Notes under the pieces: model-generated
Databases searched by the model: none
What the model saw: the letters and a program-made list of their open reading frames with translations, nothing else
Told to the model about the DNA's origin: nothing
Translations under genes and position numbers: made by a program
Assembly (NCBI GenBank): GCA_012295275.1
Contig: CM022672.1
Coordinates: forward strand, 7,874,001 to 7,938,000
Reading direction: 5' to 3'
Source: Chrysomallon squamiferum
Taxonomy: Eukaryota; Animalia; Mollusca
DNA: 64,000 nucleotides
In this document: positions 41,682 through 54,139 of the stretch, in pieces
Layout: every line of letters starts with the position of its first letter
Numbering within the stretch: the stretch's first letter is position 1

Positions 41682-42679
41682 AACCAACAACAACAATAAT
41701 AACAAAATATATATCTACAACAAAACACCAGAAAACAGCAATAACAACACAACACATAGTTATCATTGCAGAATCAGACAACGCTCAGAGACTGAGCTGG
41801 TAGACGTTAATCATGTGAATAATTAAAATCCTAACCAAAATCCCTTTATACACGATTATAGGACTTTGTACAAAATAATAAATGCAAGTATTGGTCTCCA
41901 AAGCAATATGGTTAGATGTGAGGGTAGATAACCTCTCTGAGACAACACAGGTTGCAGGATCAGTTCTTCTTGTTGCCCCCAGAGTCGTTTTCTCGTTCCA
42001 AACGGAGCTTCTTCGCTGGCTTATCGAAGGCCATTGTACGTACACCTCCACTCTCTGAGAAGGTGCAGATAACGAGTTCTTGCTGCTTGCAGATACAAGA
42101 ATCATATGATATGGCGGGTGCGTGTTTCCTCTCATACAAAATTATCATAACCTTCGTTACCGCGAAATTATATTTTTTTGAATCTATAGACAGTTAAAAT
42201 AAAATATGTTCACATATTTGAAAAACATATTACTCACTCATTTATTTGTATAGTGTTACAACGGAACGCATTAATAACATCCCGCGTTTGCTTTGTCGTT
42301 ATTTCTAACGGCTGACACTACACTTACATACAGCTGTTTGTTTTTTCTGTACCCACGCATCTGTTGCGCAGCTGCGTTGTGTCCTTTCGTACAAATCATT
42401 TAAAACTGACAAAAGACAAGAATGAGAATGATCAGAGCATTTTCTGTTGGTTTATGCGCGTCAAGGTCAACATCTTGTTTATATGCCACCCCCCAAAAAA
42501 ACAACAACAACAACCCCCACAACAGTTCATCAAAAAAGAAAAGACAGGCGAGCCACTAAAATAACATGTTAGTAATGTTCTCCAGTGACGTGGTAATTAT
42601 TCATCTCATGTATATATATATAAATAAAGAAGAAAAACCCCCTTCCAAAAAAAAAACACAAAAAAAAAAAACACATAAT

Positions 42680-42738
<59 letters not shown>

Positions 42739-42867
42739 AAAAATTAATAAATAATAAAAAATAAAAAAAAACAAGAAAAAAAAATCAAATATATGTATTG
42801 CTAGATGTAGTCAATGGTTTTAAAAATAATAAATTTAGATATTAAATTATTAAAGCATATATATGTC

Positions 42868-44010
42868 TATTTGAGCGTATGTGTGTGTGCGTGTGCGTTC
42901 ACATAGCCAATATTCGGGAACGTACTGGTGCAGGAATCCCAATCGCGACTCATAAACCTCGTCAGATTCCGCTGACGAGACTCGAACGTGCGCCGCCCAT
43001 TCACCTGCGCTTCGAAGGCATACGACGTTACCAAGACAACGTTAAGAAAAACAAAAGAGAATAAATATTTGCTCACTAACCGAGAGAAATCATCGCTTGT
43101 TACGAAGCACGCCGTTCTTTATCTTACAGTTACTTTTTTTTTTTTTCCCCTTACAGTTTTTTTTTTTCTTACAGTAACTTTTTTTTTTTTTTTTTTTTTT
43201 CATTTATTTTTATAGGAAACTTGGCACAGTAGTTAGGAATGAATATTCTATTGACTTACGGACATCTTGTTAGACTCCTTACATAAACAGCATTCAGGAA
43301 CGCATTGGCACTGGAGGGCAAAATCCAATCAAGACGTCGTTAACGTCGTATGCCGCTGACGAGTGTCGAATGCGTGGCGGCCGCCATACGCCAGCAATCC
43401 GGAGGCGCACATTTCAGACCATCTATACAGCCTCAAAAAAGTTTGCCCGTAACCGAGGGTAATCATCGCTTTCCACGAATCACGACGTTCTTTGTCTTTC
43501 GTCATTTTTTGCGTGCATTTATTTTTGTAGGAAACCTGGCACTGGCAGGTAAGCAAGCATTTAGGAAAGAATATTACGTACGGCTGGTTTAGATAGATTG
43601 CTTACAAGATAATATATAACCTTCGGAAAGGGAACTGGAACATATATATATATGTATGTATGTACGTGTGTATCGCTGTGTATATATGTACTGCTGTTTG
43701 TGTATGTGCTTATATATCTGTATTACGTGTATACGTATATATATGTATGTATACACACAATGTTCGGGAACACAACGGAGCAGAAGGGCAAAGTCCAACC
43801 ACGAGCTCACAAACCCCGTCAGATGCCGCTGACGAGACTCGAACGTTTGGCATCCAGTCACCCGCGTTTCGAAGGCGGACGTCGTTCGTTAAGGTTCGGC
43901 CATTAAAATAACCTTGAAAAAAAAAGGTGGTCAGTAACCGAGAGTAATCATCGCATTCCACGAAACACGCCTTTCAGTTGTTTTTTTTTCGTCATTTTTG
44001 CGTGCATCTA
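42868..44010. repeat. Tandem array of three diverged ~380-470 bp units (retrozyme-like or tRNA-derived SINE-like)
   Basis: CCGCTGACGAG recurs with CTGACGA at 42972, 43356 and 43829. TAACCGAG.G.AATCATCGC recurs at ~43077, 43451 and 43935. TAGGAAACYTGGCAC recurs at ~43213 and 43528. Confidence 0.85.
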
Positions 44011-44031
44011 CTATTTATTTATTTATTTATT

Positions 44032-44097
<66 letters not shown>

Positions 44098-45526
44098 TTG
44101 TGTGTGTGTGGTATTGAAATGAGAGAGAGAAACAATTGCGGATTAAATAGGTTTTCATATTTGCCATCACTAAATACATTTAACGTATATCACTGGGTTT
44201 ATATGTATATAATTATATATTAATTGAACGTATTTAATTTGGAATATACATCGTGACTGCATTCAGCACATACAACATCAGATTCTGTTTAATATTTGCT
44301 CGGAATTCGCGGCAGTTTTAATACAAACGAGAAAATAAAATTAGTGATTAAAGCGTGGGTACGTGATCGAAGTGTTTACGATGATTGACCAAGTACATCA
44401 TCTTACACTTATAAATATAAATAATTTAGACAAGATGTCAAATGGATAGTACTGTATGAAAAACACAAAAGGTCAGTGGACAAGAATAAGATGAACCCTG
44501 TGATAACAATAGCAAAACGATCCGTAAGGCCATGAGAACAGAAATATATGTTTCCCGTCCACCGTCAGCACTTACCAGAAATGGTGCCCCCTCATTTCAT
44601 GTTTGGCTGAATTGTTCTGGAGTAAAAAAATTTTCTGATATTTGACTTCACAGATTCCTGCCATCTATTTCTAAAACCCACACAGTTCCAGTTTCATATT
44701 CAGAGTCGACTAGCAGAGCCTGCCATCCCTGAACAACTGCAGCTGCTGTTTAAACAACTGCTCAGCTGTCGACCAAGTCAAACAAACTCAGTACCATCGG
44801 CGCACATCAACTGCCTTTCACTCCACTGCAGTGAAAGTGTTGTACAATACGTAGACAAATTTCCGGTTACATTTATTCACAAATCGGAATAGTTTATGCC
44901 TATTTGGTTCATCTTATTCTGTTAGTCAACAATCCAGGTCACGTCTAGCTGTTCCCTCGCACATACAAATAATAAACATTGAAAAATCCTTTGTAATTTC
45001 TCTTAGAATGAAATTTCTTAATTCCCGTCCGCTTTGGACAGTATTACTGATATGAGATGTCTAATACGTACAAAGCAACCTTCAGCCAGAGCAGTCATTA
45101 TAGAGGCATTAAAGATTCCATTCCACTTTTCACGTGGTGACACATTACGGTATTAAACATTCTGATGTTTATACAGTAATTAGCATATATAAAATAATCC
45201 ATGGCTTTTAATGTTCGAAATTTCCTCGACTGGCTTCCTTTCTTACACTCATAATTATGTAAAAGAAATATATGAGTATGTATAAACGTTTATTCTAAAA
45301 CGTGAACGATCTATTTGTTTGTTTACTCAATACATGAATGTCAACATAACCGAATCAGTACAATATAGTTAACAAAAAGACCAGAGTTTTAAAAATATCC
45401 TTTATTCATGATCGGATGACTCGTCAAAAATCGAATTCTCAGTCCTTTAAAACATTCATCTCAGTAGGTAATAATAATAACAGCAGCAGCAGCAACAACA
45501 AACAAACAAACAAACAAACAAACAAA

Positions 45527-45565
<39 letters not shown>

Positions 45566-45919
45566 AAAGATTTATTGTGATGAAGAAAACCACAAACCAT
45601 TTATGTTTATCTAGAAAAACAAATGCAGTTACATTACGTAGGTGTCCCATCATTAATATTGCTACGTATACAGAATATGTCATTCCCACCTTAATTATAA
45701 CCTAGGCGTATTGCATGCATATTTACTTTTACTGTAAACCGCATCATGAAAAATTACAAATAATGTGTTTTCAATGTGTGATTATTCATCTGGACACTGT
45801 GTATCGTCTATGTCAAACACAGCTATTGTTTTAAGTCGATAGACAGATTATTACTAATAGTCCCAGAACGATACGACACTAACCACTACTACATCTGCTG
45901 CAGCAAGCGAACGGAACAT

Positions 45920-46090
45920 TTTCAGCGAGTTGGTGGAGAAAAACCAGCTCTGTCTAATACCTTATCTCAGTAACATAAATTATGGGTTGCAGGATCGATC
46001 CGATCTGTGGCATTTCAAAAATTTGTTTTCCAATTCTAAAAGTGGCTCGTTAATTGTTAGACAACATAAGGTAGGTGTGGACAAATTTTA
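45920..46090 (+). mobile_element. Possible decayed tRNA-derived SINE fragment
   Basis: B-box-like GGATCGATCC preceded by an A-box-like AGCGAGTTGG; otherwise weak. Confidence 0.2.
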
Positions 46091-46205
46091 AGAAAAATTA
46101 ATAAATCAGAATAACGTTGAATTTCATACGAATTTTATATATATTTGTTAATAAAAAAAAATGTGTCAGTGTATTTTTAAATATGTGAAAATGTAATTGT
46201 AAATT

Positions 46206-46830
46206 CAGTAAACCAACATCGGACAATCGCACATATCGGATGGAGAGAGAACTCCTGGGCGTATCGGGTGAAGTATGCTAATCCCCACTCAAGGATTCAT
46301 TCAGAGATGCTTTTGCAGAAGGCTGAATATTTCGAGTATTGTTTGATGTTCAAGAAAATATGGGACATGTACAGAAAGCTGACATGACCGGATCAGTAGA
46401 CCTTGTCATCGTTGCTGAAAAAGTGTAGACATACTTACTGTTTCAAACGAATAAAATATTTACAGTAGTGTCGGAAAGAGGCTGTTATTTTTGCGGATGC
46501 TGTAGGCTACAAAGGTCATGGCGAAACAGCCTAAAGGAAATAACCGTAGTAGGGCTGCCAGTATTGTTGAGTCATGTAAAATGTCTTTGTTTATCACCGG
46601 GAAGAGAACGGGTCTATGGACTTTGGGTGGCGTACAGCGCCTGCATTAGACGGGTAACGGGAAAAGCTTGAGTTTCTGTGTGAGGAAATATTTAAAAAGC
46701 GACATTTTCAAATGAGGATGGGAAGAAACACATGGACCTTTTATTTATACCTTTTGTTCCTAAAGTCCCACACATAATCAGGAGGGAAACTTGAAATCTG
46801 TTTTATACATGTTTATAAATATATCTATCT

Positions 46831-46861
<31 letters not shown>

Positions 46862-46940
46862 CTGTTTGACATATTTTATGTACATAGGGACATCGCCTAT
46901 ACCGGATGAAAATCGCTTGTCTAATTGAATCGATTTACTG
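46206..46940. mobile_element. Old non-autonomous TIR DNA transposon, copy 2
   Basis: CAGTAAA...TTTACTG|TA termini, ATCGGA subterminal motifs, and blocks shared with 38466-39360. Confidence 0.5.
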
Positions 46941-47458
46941 TACTTATTTCTGGTATTTGAGAACAGCATAAATGGGTTTCCTCTATCTGATTTTATTGTG
47001 GAAAAAAATAAGAAGAACAAGTTTTGATAGATTTTTGCATGATAAGCAAGCAGTCTTTCTCATGTCTTCCCCTATCAGTCTGTCTCTCTGTCTCTGTTTT
47101 CTCTCTTACCAGATATCTCTACCTCTGAACGAGGCAGATAAATCTAAAGTACATGCTAATACATTTACACTTTTAAAACATAAATGTGTATAAGTGTTCA
47201 AGCGCTGACAGAAACTACTACAAATAATACAGCTACTATTACTACTACTATTACAACTACTGCTACTGCTTGTGCTACTATTACAGCTACTACTGTTACT
47301 CTTACTGCTACTGCTACTAATAAATTATACGTACCTTTGTATGCGTGCGTGCATATGTATGTATATATTATTTAAATATAATTGTGTACTTGAATATATA
47401 TCTCTGTGTATGTGTATGTGGGTATCTACGTATTTATGTATAAAATACATGCAGACAC

Positions 47459-47507
<49 letters not shown>

Positions 47508-48146
47508 GACACATTACAAGTGTTAGGGCTGAAAAGTAAAGATAGCTCTGTTGCCGAGTGTCGGTTACAAAAAAATCTGCTATCAAATACTAACTTCTGC
47601 TTATCGTCATGACCCATTTCTCAGATACTCACTTTACAAGCAGAGCTACTAATTTAGATTACCGACGAAATCACGGAAGCCCACTCGATGAAGGATAATA
47701 ATAAAATAAAAAATCATCAGAAAAGATTAAAAAAAAAATAATTAAGAAATCACATCCAAATTTGTTGATGCAGCAATTAACTTGAAGCGTCTACGGCTGG
47801 GATGTTATCTAAGGAGGTTTTGAATGTTGGGAGACATGAAAAAACGGAAACAGAAGATAGAAAAAAAAATGCTTAGTAAGTATTAATTCTTACAGGACTA
47901 TACCGGACTGAAGAAAGATTTATTTTCGGGTAAAGTTATTTTGATATTGATAATAAATGCATTATGGTCAGTTTTTGTGTAACAAGAATAGATTTAAAAC
48001 ATATTTTATTTAGCAAAATCAATTCTTGAGTCTACCCCTTAGCGCCAAATGCGTAGTTTACGATAAAGCAGATCATTGTCGCATTTTTATCGATTGTAGT
48101 GGATATTTACTGAATAATGAATACAACAAGCCTACATACATATATT

Positions 48147-48177
<31 letters not shown>

Positions 48178-48893
48178 GGTGCATTATATTACTGTTATTA
48201 TTATCATCATAATCATTATTATTATTATTAATATCATCATCATCATCATCATTATTATTATTATTATGTGTGTATATTTAATTATGTATATGTATGCATA
48301 GGCCGTTGTGTATATATCCATCTTTTTATATGCACAGATATATGTAGGAATGCATATGCATTTATGTATTATTTATAAAAAGCTCGGTGTACTTAACACT
48401 GTAGTTATACTAAATGTTCTTGTACTACACAGACTATATAAATCGACTCGTTTATAGTCTTTGTATCTTCTATTAGCTAACCAGAGTTTTCTTAGAAACA
48501 ACAACAAAAACAAAAATAAAAAATAAACAAAAATAAAAATCCAGGACAAAACATTTTCCACATATATACTGTCTGCAGATGTTCTCTAAATTTCATTAAA
48601 AACTGAAGTTCTGTAGAACTAGTTAACCACACTATGCCATATCAAGAAATCCTAATATTTATATTACGTTGCAAATCAGTAATTACTTAGTTTGTGTAGA
48701 ATGACACATCGAGATCATCTGCTACACTGATCGCATGCATATAATAAAATCTAATATGTAATGCATCCAAAAGCCAAAATAAAATTTAAATAACAAAATT
48801 ATTTTGCTTTGTTTTAATTACCCTTATAATAATTTATATATTTATTATTATTTATTATTATTATTCTTGTTATTATAATTTTCATCATCATCA

Positions 48894-48937
<44 letters not shown>

Positions 48938-49248
48938 TTTTTTAAATTATACTTGAAGTAATGTCTCCATATTAATTTACAGAAGGTATTAAAATTACAA
49001 TTTGAGATATGTTAGTTAACTAGAAAACTAATGTTTGAAAATGTAAATTCACCACATGCCCACTCCCTGGATCAGCCACTGGCTTTTGTATCGCTGTATA
49101 CTCAGCGTATGAATCATTACTTCAGAAAATACTTCCATTAACCTATAGGTGACACTTGTATAAAGTTCAGTGGTTTATTTTCAACTGGTGAAAGTTGTAA
49201 TAAATGATGATGGTAATAATAACAATAATAATAATAATAATAATAATA

Positions 49249-49280
<32 letters not shown>

Positions 49281-49836
49281 GATGATTATAATAATAATAA
49301 TAAAAAATAAATAAATGATGATGATTATAATAAATAATAATAATAAATAATAATAAATAAAAAAAAACTGAGCAAGCTGAGGTTGCTGACATTATTGCTT
49401 GATTCAGTGTGACGTCCATTTGACAGCTCAGTCTACTCACGTCGCTTTGGTCTCGTTTATTTAGTGTATGTTTGGAATACTAAATGCGTTTTTCCTTCAT
49501 TATATTTATCAGGTATGAAACAGGTTAATTTGGTGATTTCTCCGTTAATAAATCTTTTTAGAGACACTTTTATACGACCACCAGCAAAGGGTCTCATGTT
49601 TCAAGGCAGGTACATTGCAAGACCGTTCACGAGCTCATCTAATCGTGATCTTGAGGTCACGATGCTATTAAAGTTAGGTGAACATTAGTAAGTATTGCTA
49701 CATCTTCGCAACCTCGTTTGCAACTCACTGACGTGATCACACTTTGATTCAAACTTTAATGGTGAAATGAAAGAAGAAAAACTATTTCGTGCATGAATTT
49801 TGTCATTTTTTAACATTTCCTTTCGCGTGATACTCA

Positions 49837-49886
49837 AAAGCCTCAAACAGTTCAACCCGAGACAGTGCTGAACTGTTTGAGGCTTT
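49837..49886. repeat. Perfect 18-bp inverted repeat with 14-nt spacer
   Basis: AAAGCCTCAAACAGTTCA / TGAACTGTTTGAGGCTTT. Confidence 0.9.
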
Positions 49887-49947
49887 GTGTACGTTATTCA
49901 GCTAACTGAGGTTTGGGGAACTGTCTGAAATGTAGCAGGACTAGTAC

Positions 49948-50028
49948 GGGTATCATCTGGCGGAGATCAGCTCACACGGACATTTGCTGCTTATCGCTGG
50001 TTCTCCGCCATAGATCGGTTAATGGCGG

Positions 50029-50061
<33 letters not shown>

Positions 50062-51422
50062 CGACTCGGATATCTTCCGACGTTTGAACTGACCTGTGTC
50101 GTGACGTAACGGACAGCTGATTAACACGTGGTAGCTTTAGCGGCGCGACGCACGCAAGGGATTGTCTCAATATAGTAGAAATGTCTGATAAAGTATTGGC
50201 CCAGCAACGAGGAAATCTTATTTTGGATTGTACGGGTACGTTGAACTATAGAAGTGTTAGAAGGTTGAAATGATTAACTGATTCTGGATTTCAATATGTG
50301 CAATGTTTTCTTAAGCAACAAAATAAGAAATGTTTACTTTATATATATAATATTTGTGCAAAGGTATGTTTATTCAAAACTGCTTTGTTTTAATCAGCTG
50401 ATATATTAAGGTGTTCTCAGCAACCATTTATGCATTGTTTTTCACTCCCGTTTAATCTACATACGGTTCAGCGTCATAGAAGAAAAATCGTTTGATGTTT
50501 AAAATTGTGGCAGCTGAACAAGTTATAGACAATATACTGGAAAAAACCTACCTACATCAACTGGTTTAGGACAGAACCAAAAATTTAATTATTGGTAAGG
50601 AAGCACATGTTGTTAAATAATACTTTTATTTATGTTGTGATCCCATCAACGTAGCCATGAATTCACTGCACTGTATCAGCTCGATGTTATTTTTTGGCTT
50701 TCACACAGGTAATAACACAATTAACAATGAAGATATGTCGTAATTATCGTGAGCCACTATGCAGAATTCATTTTCAAAATATTTATCCAAATGTTGCGTA
50801 GGCCCTCTTTAAAAACATTGTTTCAGTTTGGATATACGGAACTGCTCTGCAAGGATCCGGCCCCATCCATCCCACCCCATCTCGTACACCTATTAGTATT
50901 AATCACTGATGTTTATAAGCATCAGTTTCCAGTTACTTTATCTCTCATTGGCGGGGCTAAATGTAGGTAGTACACACTCTTTCCATATCCACTGGGGTAA
51001 ATGCCAATACTGTATTTGCAGTTTAAAACTGAACGAGTAACGTCCAACTGCTTATTCTGGTTTTTTTAGATTCAGGTCCATTCAAACATGTCCGAAGATT
51101 TCCGATCGTGTTTATGACCGGAGTCTCGCGTCTTTCTGGTAGCGTGTCTATATATGACTATATGGTGCTTTTTATCGTACCAAGGAACTCGAAAATGACC
51201 GTCTAAAGGAATGTAAAACCAAAATGATTATTAAATAAGAATAGTACCCGAATCATTTTGGGCCAAAAAAACAAACAAAAAAAACAAACCAAAAGCCCCA
51301 TTATCCTATCTCTGGCGGAGAACCAGAGAAATGATTGAAGAAATAAAAATAAAAATAAAAATAAAAACACAAAATAAAAACAAAGACCATGTATCTCAGC
51401 TTTTCTCCGCTAGAGGATACTC
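49948..51422. mobile_element. ~1.5 kb non-autonomous element with long imperfect terminal inverted repeats
   Basis: Left GGGTATCATCTGGCGGAGATCAGCT...CTGGTTCTCCGCCATAGATCGGTTAATGG matches the reverse complement of the right end, GAGTATCCTCTAGCGGAGAAAAGCT...CTGGTTCTCCGCCAGAGATAGGATAATGG. Inner block 50061-50096 pairs with 51073-51110. Confidence 0.7.
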
Positions 51423-51608
51423 TGTTTGTAGCAATGCCTGCTAATGTTTACTTATCTTTGTCTTAAGTGCAGATCTAGGGACATGACTGGAAAGGGAAAC
51501 AGACAAATATTCGCCTTACAATTCATTGATCTGAGGACAGGTCAGTCACAAATTCCTGAAGACGACATCTTAACTATATTTGTTTATTGTCTTTCCATTC
51601 AGTTGACG

Positions 51609-51804
51609 ATGCTCACCAAGAAGGACATCGATGGCGGCTGGGCCTACGTCGTCCTAGCGTCAGGCTGCATGTGTCTGATGATCTGCGCGACTGTCACGAT
51701 GTCTGTTGGTATGCTGCAACCGAAATTTCTCGAGCATTTTGAAGGAAATACGAGTTACGTGTCATTCATCTGCGCCATCATGCTGGCCATGCAGTCTTTG
51801 TTAG
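51609..51804 (+). CDS. Monocarboxylate transporter (SLC16/MCT family, MFS), coding exon 1
   Basis: MLTKKDIDGGWAYVVLASG contains the SLC16 DGG(W/Y)xW-type TM1 motif; donor TAG|gtaggt in phase 1. Confidence 0.9.
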
Positions 51805-51832
51805 GTAGGTGTGAAAATTGTTATTTACTGTC

Positions 51833-51941
<109 letters not shown>

Positions 51942-51961
51942 ATGCAAATATTTATTTTTAG

Positions 51962-52105
51962 GTGTCGTGTCCAGCATCATTAACAAAATGTTCAGTCTGC
52001 GAGTGGCCACCATGCTGGGTTCCATACTTCTCTCTATCGGGTTTGTCGCGTCCAGTCTGGCGGAAAACCTCCTCCAACTTCTTTTCTTTTTTGGGATTCT
52101 ATCAG
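51962..52105 (+). CDS. SLC16/MCT transporter, coding exon 2
   Basis: GVVSSIINKMFSLRVATMLGSILLSIGFVASSLA...FGILSG; 144 nt (typical SLC16 exon), phase 1-1. Confidence 0.92.
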
Positions 52106-52240
52106 GTACAGTGAAAACTGAAAAAAAAAAAAAAATAATAATAATAATAATATAAAAATAACACTATAGAACAAACAAAAACCCCAACAAAACAAAACGA
52201 TATAACAAATAGTCTCAAACACTAAAATCGAACCATACCA

Positions 52241-52276
<36 letters not shown>

Positions 52277-52728
52277 GGAAAAATAGGGGAAAAAAAGAAA
52301 CAAAACAACAAAATAATAAATAAATAAATTAATTAATTAATTAATTAAAAAATCAAACAAACTAACAATAAATAAATAAATAAATAACAAAAAACAAAGG
52401 AAAGAAAGAAAGAAAGAAAGAAAAGAACACAGACCCTCACCAAAAAATGATCTAAACTTTTGACAAATGATAAAAATAACTTTTAAAAAATATACAAAAA
52501 ATATTAGATTCACTATTTATTAAAAAAAAAAAAAAAAAAAATACTTTCCTGTTTAGTTTTCGCAAGAATAACAAAGCCTCTTACGTGTTTGAAAGAATGA
52601 AAATTTTAGAAACATTTTGGAAAAGATTAAAACCTACAAACAAAAGAAATCGGTCTTTGTCTTTCCCAGAGATTTAAAAGTATTTAGGAAAGTATTATTT
52701 ATTTATATTTAAATTTTATGTATTTCAG

Positions 52729-53649
52729 GATGTGGATATGGTATAGTATATACACCGTGTGCTACGGTTGTTAACTATTATTTTGAGAAAAATCGACCTC
52801 TAGCCAATGGAATCGCCCTTTCTGCTGTCGGGGTGGGTCTTCTTTCTGGCCCTCATCTGATTGGTTGGCTGTTGGAAAACTTCGGCTGGAGATTCTCGCT
52901 TATTATTTTTGCTTGCATCACTCTTCAACTTTGTGTTCTCGGCAGTTTATTTTTTCCCATGGAAGAACCTACTGGTTGTGTTTGTTTTCATTCAAGACAT
53001 AATGCATTTGTGACGTCATCGGAAGATAACTCAACTGCTGTGACATCATCTGAAAGTGACTCGACGCCTATGCAATATTCAAAGGAGGACAGTACTATGA
53101 CTTCATCAGACAGTGACTCATATCCTAATACATTTTCAAAGGATGACAGTAATATGACGTCACCAAAGAGCAGCAATACTTCGTTTTTCGTTTTTCTTAA
53201 AAAGAAATGCATATGGTTATTTTTCATCTCCTATTTCATGTTAATGTTAGGCTACTCAACACAAATAGTACATTTCCCAAACTATCTGAAATCTCTTGGC
53301 TTCCTACCCTACCACGTGCCTTTGCTGTACACTGTTTACGGTGCAACGACGACAGTATCTAGTCTCATAGGAGGAATGTTCTTTAACAGCAAAGATGTAA
53401 ACCTACTGTTAGTTTATATGGCGAGTCAGTTTATTGTTGGTCTCATGCTTACACTTATGCCGGTATTCGCGCAATACTTCTGGTCGTTGGTGGTGTACAT
53501 GTGTATTTTTTCCACATATTATGGTAGTTTTATGACAGTGATTCCTCCTCTACTTGTGGAATATTTAGGCCTACAACATGTATCAATGTCGTATGGTGCT
53601 CTCATGCTATGTGGAGGAATTGCATACCTCATAGGACCACCATTTGCAG
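52729..53649 (+). CDS. SLC16/MCT transporter, coding exon 3
   Basis: GCGYGIVYTP..VNYYFEKNRPLANGIA..FGWR (SLC16 YFxKRRxLAxG signature) through LIGPPFAG; 921 nt, phase 1-1. Confidence 0.94.
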
Positions 53650-53994
53650 GTTTGTACATTTAACGAATATTTATTATTTAAAGGTTAACAACTTTTAAAT
53701 ATAATTCTAACTAACTAAATCAGTGCCACAGTTTCAGTTTAACCTTTAAAGCTGCGGACGCGATGAAATGAGTCTGCTACTACATTTTGACCGACTGAAA
53801 CCGTGACATCACAACTGGGTAATGATTTCAATGGAATACTGTTCAAAAAATGAATAGGGTCGCAGGATAGTCACGTCGATCGTTAGAGTATCTACACCAT
53901 ACAGCAGCAACCTACTCTCCGTTTTGTATACGGTACGCACTGCGCTGTAAACTTAAGGATAAGCAAGTCAATTAATTCGTTTATTTTGTTCATG

Positions 53995-54052
<58 letters not shown>

Positions 54053-54088
54053 ACCTCTTTGGAATGATTATAGGCGTTCTCTTTGCAG

Positions 54089-54139
54089 GATGGTTATTTG
54101 ACGAAGTTGAATCGTACGCACTTGCCTTTCATATAGCGG
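54089..54139 (+). CDS. SLC16/MCT transporter, coding exon 4
   Basis: GWLFDEVESYALAFHIAG (GxLxDxxxSY motif); acceptor ctttgcAG, donor CGG|gtaagt; 51 nt. Confidence 0.92.

Noticed and set aside
41785-42197. GC-richer island with NLS-like MAFDKPAKKLRL
   Set aside because: The frame closes after 24 codons; no homology or exon context recognised.
42879-43911. ORFs in the tandem units (HKPRQMPLTRLER) as a peptide family, or the array as CRISPR
   Set aside because: Frames shift between copies and start in microsatellites. The units are long and diverged in a eukaryotic genome, with no repeat-spacer structure or cas genes.
49060-49082. CCCTGGATCAGCCACTG and related GGCGGATCC-like words (also ~2637, ~27791, ~50852) as MITE ends
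   Set aside because: Isolated short fragments without a matching opposite terminus; boundaries cannot be supported.
51444-51608. N-terminal extension of the SLC16 ORF
   Set aside because: Contains a typical pyrimidine tract and acceptor at 51602; family homology starts at MLTKKDIDGGW.
53745-53958. TTAA-flanked CpG-rich intronic segment as a Kolobok/piggyBac-like insertion
   Set aside because: No terminal inverted repeat could be paired.
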